In this document: piece after piece, positions 1-8,136 of the stretch
Layout of the letters: each line of letters starts with the position of its first letter
Position numbering within the stretch: position 1 is the first letter of the stretch
Sequence record: OZ035795.1
Length of the DNA: 64,000 bases
Reading direction: 5' to 3' (one strand)
Source of the DNA: Krischvirus LF73P4
Translations under genes and position numbers: made by a program
Notes under the pieces: generated by a model
Told to the model about the DNA's origin: nothing
The model's input: only the letters and a program-made list of their open reading frames with translations
The model's database searches: none

Positions 1-1
1 A

Positions 2-142
2 CAAGCTATCATCGATGATAATCGTGATGCGTATATCTACGCTATCGGAAAGTTACGTGATATCTACAAACAGCCACACACGCCAGAACTGCTTTCTGCT
101 ATGTGGATTAGTACACGGCAAACGGTATTAAGTATGCTGTAA
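2..142 (+). CDS. 3' end of unidentified upstream CDS (5' end outside window)
   Basis: Frame open from window edge to TAA at 140-142 (46 codons); hairpin terminator follows. Confidence 0.3.
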   Translation, partial: QAIIDDNRDAYIYAIGKLRDIYKQPHTPELLSAMWISTRQTVLSML

Positions 143-163
143 TGGCTTTATAAGGGAGACTCT

Positions 164-189
164 GAAAGGGGTTTCCCTTTTTATTTTTC
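164..189 (+). terminator. rho-independent terminator
   Basis: AAAGGG (165-170) / CCCTTT (175-180) hairpin followed by T-run 181-188. Confidence 0.5.
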
Positions 190-232
190 TGTGATATAGT
201 GAGAGCATCGAAAACGAAGAGAGGAAGAGACT

Positions 233-1258
233 ATGAAAATTTTGCTTTTAGGTGATCTGCATACTGGTATCGGTGGCGATGATCCGTGGGTGCATGAGTA
301 TATTCTTGATACCATCAAGAAAGCGGTTGAATACTCCAAAGAGCATAATATTAAGACATGGATTCAAACAGGGGATTGGTTTGATTGCCGAAAAGCAATT
401 ACCCATGAAACCATGAAATTTAACCGTACTAAGGTCATCCCGTTACTGGAAGAGGCTGATATTACTTGTTATATCACGGTCGGGAATCATGATATGTTTA
501 AACGAAACAAGATCCAGCCTAACGCACCGCGCGAAGTGTTAAGCCAGTATGATTGCATTAAGGTTATCGATAAACCGGAAACAGTTACCTTTGATGGTGT
601 ATCATTTGATCTGTTCCCGTGGTTTTGTGATGACAATAAATCAGAGGTTTTAGAGTTTATTCAAAACTCATTCAGCGAATATTGTGTAGGCCATTGGGAA
701 TTGTCCGGTTACTATTTCTATAAAGGGCTAAAATCCGAAGGTTATAGCTCGGACTTCCTCAAGAAATACCGTGAAGTGTTTTCGGGTCACTTTCATACTA
801 TCAGTGATGGCGGTAACGTAACGTATATTGGTACACCATACACACTAACGGCGGGTGACGAAAACGATCCGCGTGGTTTTTGGGTATTCGATACCGATAC
901 ACACAAAAAAGAGTTTATTCAGAATGACAAAACTTATCATGTGCGTATCACTTACCCGTCAGATGATAAAATCGATGTAGAACGCTTTAAAGGGCTTAGT
1001 GTGCGTCTTATCGCAACGGTCGCTGATAATGGATTAACTAAGTTAGAAAGCGCGTTAGAGGCCGTTGTACACAAGCTAAAAGTGGTCCATAAACTGGAGA
1101 GTAGCGCATCACAGGAAACAGGTGTTATTGAAGTTAAAAGCACTATTCAGATGGTCTATGAATATCTGGAAGAACAAAACCTAGAACCGGAAGAACTTGC
1201 GGCGGTCAAGCGTATTTCTGATGAACTTTTAGCCGAAGTAAATAACGCAAAAAGTTAG
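233..1258 (+). CDS. 47: recombination endonuclease subunit gp47 (Mre11/SbcD-like metallophosphoesterase)
   Basis: 341 aa; phosphoesterase motifs GDLH, GNHD, GHFH; lies upstream of gp46 as in T4. Confidence 0.9.
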   Translation: MKILLLGDLHTGIGGDDPWVHEYILDTIKKAVEYSKEHNIKTWIQTGDWFDCRKAITHETMKFNRTKVIPLLEEADITCYITVGNHDMFKRNKIQPNAPREVLSQYDCIKVIDKPETVTFDGVSFDLFPWFCDDNKSEVLEFIQNSFSEYCVGHWELSGYYFYKGLKSEGYSSDFLKKYREVFSGHFHTISDGGNVTYIGTPYTLTAGDENDPRGFWVFDTDTHKKEFIQNDKTYHVRITYPSDDKIDVERFKGLSVRLIATVADNGLTKLESALEAVVHKLKVVHKLESSASQETGVIEVKSTIQMVYEYLEEQNLEPEELAAVKRISDELLAEVNNAKS

Positions 1259-1287
1259 TTGACGCGGGGAGAAATCCCCGTTATACT
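1259..1287 (+). promoter_or_regulatory. sigma70-type early promoter candidate (TTGACG-17-TATACT) with CGGGGA/TCCCCG inverted repeat in spacer
   Basis: -35 at 1259-1264, -10 at 1282-1287; starts right after gp47 stop. Confidence 0.45.
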
Positions 1288-1312
1288 CTCTAAAAATTGA
1301 TTGGAGGTTGTT

Positions 1313-1564
1313 ATGATTACTAATGCACTGAAAGAAATCAACGAAGGTTTATCGAAATTCACTAAGATCCATGTATTTGAGGTTGTGCGAGATGGTCAGT
1401 ATATGCTATCATTTCGGTCTAACTATGGTTTGTGGACTCATGACGAAATCCCATTTGATCGTGAAAATATCACCAAAGAGGGGCTAACAAACATCGTATC
1501 TCGTAAGGTTGCTGATATTACCCAGAATGTTATTGCTCGTGGGTCTATGGGGTCTGTACGATGA
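1313..1564 (+). CDS. hypothetical protein
   Basis: ORF with GGAGG 5 nt upstream of ATG 1313. Confidence 0.5.
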   Translation: MITNALKEINEGLSKFTKIHVFEVVRDGQYMLSFRSNYGLWTHDEIPFDRENITKEGLTNIVSRKVADITQNVIARGSMGSVR

Positions 1565-1878
1565 AAACACTTGCACAAAAAGTAATGGAATTTAATGCCG
1601 CGTTGCCTATGTTTGCTCGACGCAAGGGGATCTCCGTTGATGTATGGTATTCCAAAGAGCATGAAGAAGTTCGGATGATGGTCGAAAAGCGACTCACCGA
1701 TACTACTGTTAAGTGTAAGATTCGCTCTATTCCTCGCGCGGAAATAGAATTTGATGAAAGCTATTACTTTACGCTACGTCATACACTGAAACAAGCAGTG
1801 GATGAACTTTTAGAAGACCTGAAACAATATGAAATTGAACGAGGAACATATTATGAATACGACTATGGTCGCGGCTGA
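1561..1878 (+). CDS. hypothetical protein
   Basis: 105-aa ORF overlapping neighbours by a few nt (coupled). Confidence 0.5.
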   Translation: MKTLAQKVMEFNAALPMFARRKGISVDVWYSKEHEEVRMMVEKRLTDTTVKCKIRSIPRAEIEFDESYYFTLRHTLKQAVDELLEDLKQYEIERGTYYEYDYGRG

Positions 1879-2425
1879 TCCTGATTCGATAGCAATGGAA
1901 TATTTTATTGAATTGGTGCACGCGTACACACTAAAACAATCATATTACAAGAATCCGATCTATGGTTATCTGAAAGCGCGTATTGCTAAAATGTGGGGTC
2001 AGCCAGTGGTTAAGCTGTGGTATGATGACGGCTACCGTCGTTACCTTAAAGTGATTCACCCACAAGAATTGATGGTGACTATGGGCATTGGCGACTTTGT
2101 AAAAGACAAAGTAGAATCCATTATTAAGAGTGTGGTTGGTGAATATAATCCGATTGTATATGGTGCTTTCGTCCAGTGGAAACAATCCAGCAAATATTAT
2201 TTTCCGAATACTCCATTGACGCTAACAGGTTGGATCTCTGTCATGCATAGTGGGGTATTCCTGGAAGCGTCAGAGACGATGTATAAAGGGTATATTCTCC
2301 CACATCGACTGGTGAAGTGTGATTATCGCTTGACTGTAGGTGAATTTCGCGATATTCTGGAACAACAAGCGGAAGACCTGCAAGGTGAAATTGAAGAATT
2401 TTTAGAGGAACATAAACTAAAATGA
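1853..2425 (+). CDS. hypothetical protein
   Basis: ORF; GAGGA 7 nt upstream of ATG 1853. Confidence 0.5.
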   Translation: MNTTMVAADPDSIAMEYFIELVHAYTLKQSYYKNPIYGYLKARIAKMWGQPVVKLWYDDGYRRYLKVIHPQELMVTMGIGDFVKDKVESIIKSVVGEYNPIVYGAFVQWKQSSKYYFPNTPLTLTGWISVMHSGVFLEASETMYKGYILPHRLVKCDYRLTVGEFRDILEQQAEDLQGEIEEFLEEHKLK

Positions 2426-2685
2426 TTCTATCGATGACCTACCTTAGACACAGGGTTATAGAAGGTCTTCGCGAATATCTGGCATTGAATAAAGGGATTT
2501 ATGTTGATCCCTTTATGACATATGATCCGGCGACACTGGATTATGTGATCATGTTGCCAGATCGCAGAGACACACTAGTTAAAGTGAAGGCGGCAAGTGT
2601 TTACAACATTGATGAAGATGTGTTAGCATTTAATATTATGGAATGTGTGATTGCGGAGTGGATTAATGGCAAAGTTAAATTTTAA
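2422..2685 (+). CDS. hypothetical protein
   Basis: 87-aa ORF, ATGA overlap with upstream ORF. Confidence 0.45.
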   Translation: MILSMTYLRHRVIEGLREYLALNKGIYVDPFMTYDPATLDYVIMLPDRRDTLVKVKAASVYNIDEDVLAFNIMECVIAEWINGKVKF

Positions 2686-4348
2686 AACCTTGCGCTATCA
2701 AAATATAATGAGCGTGGGTGCTGAACCTGTTGAGATTCAGCTAGACGGATTCAAAAAGACACTAATCACTGGTGTTAACGGTGCTGGTAAATCAACAATG
2801 ATCGAGGCGCTTTGCTTTGTGTTGTTCGGTAAACCGTTTCGTAGTATCAAGAAAGGCCAATTGATTAACAGCGTCAACAAAAAGAAACTGTTAGTCGAAG
2901 TCTGGTTTGAACTGGACGGGAAAGAGTTTTATATAAAACGTGGTCAAAAACCGGAAGTATTCGAAGTGCATCGCGACGGTCAAAAGATCGACGAGAGCGC
3001 AAGCACCAAAGACTTTCAGGAATATTTTGAAGGTATCATAGGCATGAACCTAGCCAGCTTCAAACAGATCGTTGTTTTAGGCACTGCTGGTTATGTTCCG
3101 TTTATGAGTCTTCCGGCAGCGGGTCGCCGTAAACTGGTCGAGGATTTGCTTGATATTGCTACGCTAGGCGAAATGGATAAACTGAATAAAGCGTATGTGC
3201 GCGAGATTACCCAGAATATCCAAATGCAGGAAATGAAAGCTAATCACGTTCAGCAACAAATCAACACTCATAAAAAGTACATAGAAGACGCTAGCAAGGC
3301 GAGTGCCGAGAATCTCCAGCGTTTACAGAATATGTATGATAAAGAGGTAGAATCGGCTAAAGCATTTAAAGCCGAAGAAACGCGCTTGACCGATGAGCTA
3401 TTGGCTGTTGTTATGCCGGAAGATCCTAGCGCGGTATTGGCTAAAATTAATACTGCTATCGCACAGATTGGTGCGCAGATCCAGAACTTTGACCGTGTTA
3501 TCCATATGCACGAGAAAGGCGGGATCTGTCCTACGTGCACACAACCGATCATTCAGGGTAATGATCAGACTGTACGCGAACAAAAAGCACAAGCGGAACA
3601 TAAACTGTTTCTGATTGACGAGAAACGCGTAGAATACGCCGAGAAAGCAAATTCTTTCCAGGCAGCACAAACTAAGGTCTTGGAAATTAAACGCGCTATA
3701 GAGTCACAGAGAGCGAATTTAACGGCATCTGTAGGTCGTGCTAAACAGATCCAGAAAGCAATGCAGGAATTGCAAAAAGAAAGGGTTGACAATTCCGAAG
3801 AACTTGCTAAACTGGAACACGAACTGGTAGAGATTACTAATGAAAAATCAAAGCTAGTTCTTGAAAAATATCACCGTGGATTTGTAACAGAAATGTTGAA
3901 GGATTCCGGTGTTAAGGCGTCTATCGTCAAGAAATATATTCCATATTTCAATGATCGGATTGCGTATTATCTTGATATTATGGAAGCGGATTATATCTTT
4001 ACGCTAGATGAAGAGTTTAACGAAACAATCAAATCACGGGGGCGTGAATCGTTTTCGTATACATCGTTCAGTCAAGGCGAAAAGGCACGTATTGACCTTG
4101 CGATGCTCTTTACATGGCGTGATGTTGCTGGTAAAGTATCTGGTACTAATATTTCTTTGTTGGTACTCGACGAAATTTATGATGGGGCTACGGACGTTCA
4201 GGGCGTAAAAGCACTTGATTCCATCATTGACAAGTTAGATGATAACGTGTATATTATCAGCCATCGTGACCATAACCCTGATGATTTTAGCCGTCATCTC
4301 AAGATGGTTAAACGTGGGCGATTCACTGAAATGAATGTTAACATTTGA
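2666..4348 (+). CDS. 46: recombination endonuclease subunit gp46 (Rad50/SbcC-like ATPase)
   Basis: 560 aa from ATG 2666 (GGAG upstream); Walker A GVNGAGKST; N-terminus resembles T4 gp46. Confidence 0.9.
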   Translation: MAKLNFKTLRYQNIMSVGAEPVEIQLDGFKKTLITGVNGAGKSTMIEALCFVLFGKPFRSIKKGQLINSVNKKKLLVEVWFELDGKEFYIKRGQKPEVFEVHRDGQKIDESASTKDFQEYFEGIIGMNLASFKQIVVLGTAGYVPFMSLPAAGRRKLVEDLLDIATLGEMDKLNKAYVREITQNIQMQEMKANHVQQQINTHKKYIEDASKASAENLQRLQNMYDKEVESAKAFKAEETRLTDELLAVVMPEDPSAVLAKINTAIAQIGAQIQNFDRVIHMHEKGGICPTCTQPIIQGNDQTVREQKAQAEHKLFLIDEKRVEYAEKANSFQAAQTKVLEIKRAIESQRANLTASVGRAKQIQKAMQELQKERVDNSEELAKLEHELVEITNEKSKLVLEKYHRGFVTEMLKDSGVKASIVKKYIPYFNDRIAYYLDIMEADYIFTLDEEFNETIKSRGRESFSYTSFSQGEKARIDLAMLFTWRDVAGKVSGTNISLLVLDEIYDGATDVQGVKALDSIIDKLDDNVYIISHRDHNPDDFSRHLKMVKRGRFTEMNVNI

Positions 4349-4565
4349 CAGAGTAACGCAGCCGGAGTTAGAATTGTATACCTTAATCAATCTATATTCC
4401 GGTGAAGAATATGTAGTTAGTATGGGGGACATGAAAAACAGCATATACAGCGATGCAGACATAACAAAAATGTTGTCTTGTCGTCATCATGAGTTTATGC
4501 TGGTCCCCAAATTTGATAAACTTGATTACCCTGATGCTGGGGTTGCAACAAACTTTAGAACGTGA
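4335..4565 (+). CDS. hypothetical protein (uncertain)
   Basis: 76-aa ORF overlapping gp46 stop; no strong RBS. Confidence 0.3.
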   Translation: MLTFDRVTQPELELYTLINLYSGEEYVVSMGDMKNSIYSDADITKMLSCRHHEFMLVPKFDKLDYPDAGVATNFRT

Positions 4566-4571
4566 TATACT
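4543..4571 (+). promoter_or_regulatory. promoter candidate TTGCAA-17-TATACT
   Basis: -35 at 4543-4548, -10 at 4566-4571, upstream of ATG 4596. Confidence 0.3.
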
Positions 4572-4595
4572 GATTTTATTTTGGAGATTAATATT

Positions 4596-4973
4596 ATGAC
4601 TACTTCCGCAAACCTGGCTAAAATTACTGTAGCAGACATTCAGAACAAGAAAACCAGCCTCGAATTTGACCGAGCAATGAACAAGATCCGTAAAGCGTGG
4701 GTACTGCAAATGCCGGAAAGCGAGAAAGCTAAAATGAAGGTTATCCCGCAGCAAGCACGCTTTGAACTGTACGCGCATATTGATGATATGGTGCAAAAAG
4801 AATGGATCGCTGCAATGCGCAAGTATTACGATGATTCAATTGCTAAAGGCGCTAAAACTATTCGAGGTAAAGATATTCTCGAAAAGGGTTATCAGATTGA
4901 CACTGATGAACTGCTGATTGAAGCCGCTAGCGTAGTAGTAACTCGTCTGATCGCAATTGCTGATGGGAAGTGA
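4596..4973 (+). CDS. hypothetical protein
   Basis: ORF with GGAG upstream of ATG 4596. Confidence 0.5.
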   Translation: MTTSANLAKITVADIQNKKTSLEFDRAMNKIRKAWVLQMPESEKAKMKVIPQQARFELYAHIDDMVQKEWIAAMRKYYDDSIAKGAKTIRGKDILEKGYQIDTDELLIEAASVVVTRLIAIADGK

Positions 4974-4977
4974 TAGA

Positions 4978-5355
4978 ATGAAACGTATGAGCTTAAAAGA
5001 ACAAATGCTATTCATCCTACAAAATAGTAAATTATGTCATATTCCGTTTGACTATATCAAAGATAATGATGTAATGAACTACCGTCACGGGATAGAGTGT
5101 ATTGAGTGGTATTTTGTCCTAGATAAATTTGTTGATGATGTGATTCGTCGTAAACTTGCGTTTGATGTTCGTGGTGATCTGGTATATCTCGACGGAAAAA
5201 AGACCGCAAAGAATCCTGTTACTGTCTATGCTCTGCAACAATACTTGACAGCTTACATTGGATTGAAGTATACTCACTCATCCGATAAGGAAGCCGAGAA
5301 AAAATTTATCGAAAGAATGCTAAAGATTCAAAATGAGCACGAAGTAAACCCGTAA
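4978..5355 (+). CDS. hypothetical protein (sits where T4 has rpbA, immediately upstream of gene 45)
   Basis: 125-aa ORF; position only, no motif recognised. Confidence 0.4.
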   Translation: MKRMSLKEQMLFILQNSKLCHIPFDYIKDNDVMNYRHGIECIEWYFVLDKFVDDVIRRKLAFDVRGDLVYLDGKKTAKNPVTVYALQQYLTAYIGLKYTHSSDKEAEKKFIERMLKIQNEHEVNP

Positions 5356-5385
5356 TTAATTGATTAACATGATAAAGGTGATTTG

Positions 5386-6072
5386 ATGAAACTGACTAAA
5401 GAAACCATTGCTACCCTGAAAAACTTTTCCGCTATTAACCCAGGTATCATCCTGAAAAAAGGAAACGTCCTAATCACCAAAAACATGACAAACGTTGTAT
5501 ATGGTGAAGCGACTCTGAATCAAGAACTGGAACACGAAATCGGGATCTATGATCTTAACTCTTTCCTGGGCATTCTGAATCTGGTGGGCGATGAAGCAGA
5601 TATTACGGTTGATAACCGCACCGGAAACATTCGTGTGTCTAATGATCGTCTGAAAATTAATTATCCTGGTGCTAGTGCTGCTGCTATCGTATCACCGAAA
5701 GGCCGAGTTACTCCACCTGCAAGCGATGTAGATTACGAACTGAGCAACGACGATCTGAAACAGCTTATGAAAATGAGCAATCAGCTTAAAGTGGATCGCC
5801 TTGAATTTCTACCGATTGATGGTCGTCTGATGATCAAAGGCTGGGAAGAGATTGACAAAAATAATCCTAATGAGATGTTTTGTCTTGATATGGGCGAATA
5901 TACCGGAACCGCAGACTTCCATTTCTTTATTCGTAAAGATAACATGAAACTGGTTGCTACTGACTTCGGCGATTACAAACTGAGCTTCACTCGCCGTAAG
6001 GCTGTATGGCTGGCAAGTGAAACCGTATCTTATATGATCGCGTGTGACCTTGACTCCAGCTACACCGACTAA
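5386..6072 (+). CDS. 45: sliding clamp gp45
   Basis: 228 aa, same length and clear similarity to T4 gp45 as recalled; followed by clamp loader genes. Confidence 0.9.
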   Translation: MKLTKETIATLKNFSAINPGIILKKGNVLITKNMTNVVYGEATLNQELEHEIGIYDLNSFLGILNLVGDEADITVDNRTGNIRVSNDRLKINYPGASAAAIVSPKGRVTPPASDVDYELSNDDLKQLMKMSNQLKVDRLEFLPIDGRLMIKGWEEIDKNNPNEMFCLDMGEYTGTADFHFFIRKDNMKLVATDFGDYKLSFTRRKAVWLASETVSYMIACDLDSSYTD

Positions 6073-6084
6073 TATAATGTTTGT

Positions 6085-6104
6085 GGGGAGTGTAAATACT
6101 CCCC
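6085..6104 (+). terminator. stem-loop GGGGAGT-GTAAAT-ACTCCCC followed by GTTTT (possible terminator or processing site)
   Basis: Perfect 7-bp inverted repeat just after gp45 stop. Confidence 0.35.
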
Positions 6105-6137
6105 GTTTTAATGATGTAATTTGTGAGAGGTGATTAT

Positions 6138-7112
6138 ATGCTGAGTGTTAATGAAAATGAGTTTCAGTGGGAACAGAAATACCGTCCGAAATCAATTTCT
6201 GAATGTATTCTGCCGGAAGCAGATAAAAAGATCTTCGCGCAGATTGTTAAGCAAGGCCGAATCCCTTCTATGATCCTGCATAGCCCATCGCCGGGTACTG
6301 GTAAAACAACCGTTGCTAAGGCGCTTTGCGAAGATGTGGGTGTTGATTATCTGTTTGTTAACGGCGCAGATTGTAAGATTGATTTTATCCGCGATGAGAT
6401 TACACGCTTTGCGCAGAGTGTATCACTCGATGAAGAAAAACGAGAAAAAGGCAAAGTTGTTATTATCGATGAGTATGACCGAGCGGGGTTGGCTGACGCT
6501 CAAAGACACTTGCGTAGTTTCTCTGAGGCATACTCAAACAACGTGACATTCATTATCACAGCAAACGATCTAGAAGGTATTATCCCAGCGTTACGATCTC
6601 GATTTGATCCCATCACGTTTGGATCTCCGACTAAAGATGATCAGCTTCGCATGATGAAAGAAATGATCGTCCGGTGTAAAGCAATTCTTGATAAAGAAGG
6701 TGTGCCAGTAGAAGAAATGCGCGTATTAGCGGAACTGGTTAAACAGAACTTCCCAGACTTCCGACGCGTAATGAAACTTTTGGACCGCTACGCTAAACAT
6801 GGTAAAATTGATGCTGGCGTATTGAGCATGGTTATCGAAAGTAGCAATACCGAAGTAACCGATGTGGTGGAAGCACTTAAAACTAAACAGTTTGCTAATG
6901 TGCGTAAACTTGCACCGCGATATACCAATACATACGCTCAATTTGTCAAGAAACTTTATAATGAGTTGTATACTCAAGTTAAGCCAGCTTCTATTATTCG
7001 TCTGACCGAGATTATCGGTGAAAATAATCAGATGTTTGCGCACGCGGCTGATAAAGAGATTCACATTGTCTTTTTGTTAATGCAATTAATGGTTGAATTG
7101 GAGTTCGTATAA
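6138..7112 (+). CDS. 44: clamp loader large subunit gp44 (AAA+ ATPase)
   Basis: Walker A SPGTGKTT; GAGAGG RBS before ATG 6138; synteny 45-44-62. Confidence 0.9.
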   Translation: MLSVNENEFQWEQKYRPKSISECILPEADKKIFAQIVKQGRIPSMILHSPSPGTGKTTVAKALCEDVGVDYLFVNGADCKIDFIRDEITRFAQSVSLDEEKREKGKVVIIDEYDRAGLADAQRHLRSFSEAYSNNVTFIITANDLEGIIPALRSRFDPITFGSPTKDDQLRMMKEMIVRCKAILDKEGVPVEEMRVLAELVKQNFPDFRRVMKLLDRYAKHGKIDAGVLSMVIESSNTEVTDVVEALKTKQFANVRKLAPRYTNTYAQFVKKLYNELYTQVKPASIIRLTEIIGENNQMFAHAADKEIHIVFLLMQLMVELEFV

Positions 7113-7690
7113 TGTTAGGTCAATTTTTCGGTGAAGATGATACACAATTAAACGAGCATGAAATTGCATGGCGCTCTCGTGATTGGGAAAAGGTGTCTGA
7201 ATTAGCTGACACATTCACCGAGAAAACCGACAATGCATTATTTGCTCTGATGGATCATATCACCTTAGATAAACAGCGCGTTAATGTTGGGAACAATTCT
7301 GCATATAACCAGAGATGGATTAATACCGCTCTTTCCCAGCACGCAGATTGCCTATATAGCGCGTATGTGATGAATTTAATCGGTCATGGCCTCCCAGATC
7401 AAATGCATTTTGATTATCTCTTACAGAGTATTTCTAAGGGGAAACGATACGGTAAATGGGCTAAACTAACAGAAGAATTGGACCAAAAATTGGTTTTAAT
7501 GGCAGTGGCGAAAGCATATTGTGTAAATATGGATGACGCCCGGTTTTATCTCGATTTGGCTAATGAAAAGGGATATATGGACAAGTTATTGAAGCACATT
7601 AAACCGTATGCGACCGATGAACTTTTGGCGGGTGTTACTAAGAATCAGACAGAAAGGAAACGACTTAAAAAGATTATAGAAAGGTGGTAA
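7112..7690 (+). CDS. 62: clamp loader small subunit gp62
   Basis: 192 aa, TAATG overlap with gp44, position between 44 and regA. Confidence 0.7.
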   Translation: MLGQFFGEDDTQLNEHEIAWRSRDWEKVSELADTFTEKTDNALFALMDHITLDKQRVNVGNNSAYNQRWINTALSQHADCLYSAYVMNLIGHGLPDQMHFDYLLQSISKGKRYGKWAKLTEELDQKLVLMAVAKAYCVNMDDARFYLDLANEKGYMDKLLKHIKPYATDELLAGVTKNQTERKRLKKIIERW

Positions 7691-7691
7691 A

Positions 7692-8054
7692 ATGATTGAA
7701 ATTAATTTGATTAGTCCTGAAAACTTCCTTAAAATTAAGGAGACTTTAACCCGCTGCGGCATTGCCAACAATCGAGACAAGACGCTGTATCAGTCTTGTC
7801 ATATTCTCCAGAAGAAAGGGCGCTATTACATCGTTCATTTCAAGGAGTTGTTGAAATTAGATGGTCGTAGTGTTAAAATGACGTGGGAAGATGAATTACG
7901 CCGTAATAACATTGCAAAACTTCTGGCGCAGTGGAATCTGTGTACCCTGATTGATAGTGATTTTGAAACTACCGAAGTTAATAATTTCCGTGTATTGTCT
8001 TTCAAACAGAAAGAAGAGTGGACGCTGATCGAGAAATATCAGATCGGACGATAA
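7692..8054 (+). CDS. regA: translational repressor RegA
   Basis: 120 aa; strong similarity to T4 RegA as recalled (e.g. LYQSCHILQKKG). Confidence 0.9.
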   Translation: MIEINLISPENFLKIKETLTRCGIANNRDKTLYQSCHILQKKGRYYIVHFKELLKLDGRSVKMTWEDELRRNNIAKLLAQWNLCTLIDSDFETTEVNNFRVLSFKQKEEWTLIEKYQIGR

Positions 8055-8075
8055 GATACTGATGGGATAGGGGTA

Positions 8076-8104
8076 TTGACAAACTAAGTCGATTCCCCTA
8101 TAAT
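8076..8104 (+). promoter_or_regulatory. sigma70-type promoter TTGACA-17-TATAAT upstream of gene 43
   Basis: -35 at 8076-8081, -10 at 8099-8104. Confidence 0.5.
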
Positions 8105-8136
8105 GAGTGTCTTTCGTAAGTGAAGGAGTTTATATT

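Noticed and set aside
3268-3792. Several minus-strand ORFs (60-100 aa) inside gene 46; similar antisense ORFs lie inside genes 43, 39, rIIA, 52, 37, 36-like, 7, 10 and wac
   Set aside because: They lie entirely antisense within long, well-supported genes, lack ribosome-binding sites and have no recognisable motifs; treated as shadow ORFs.
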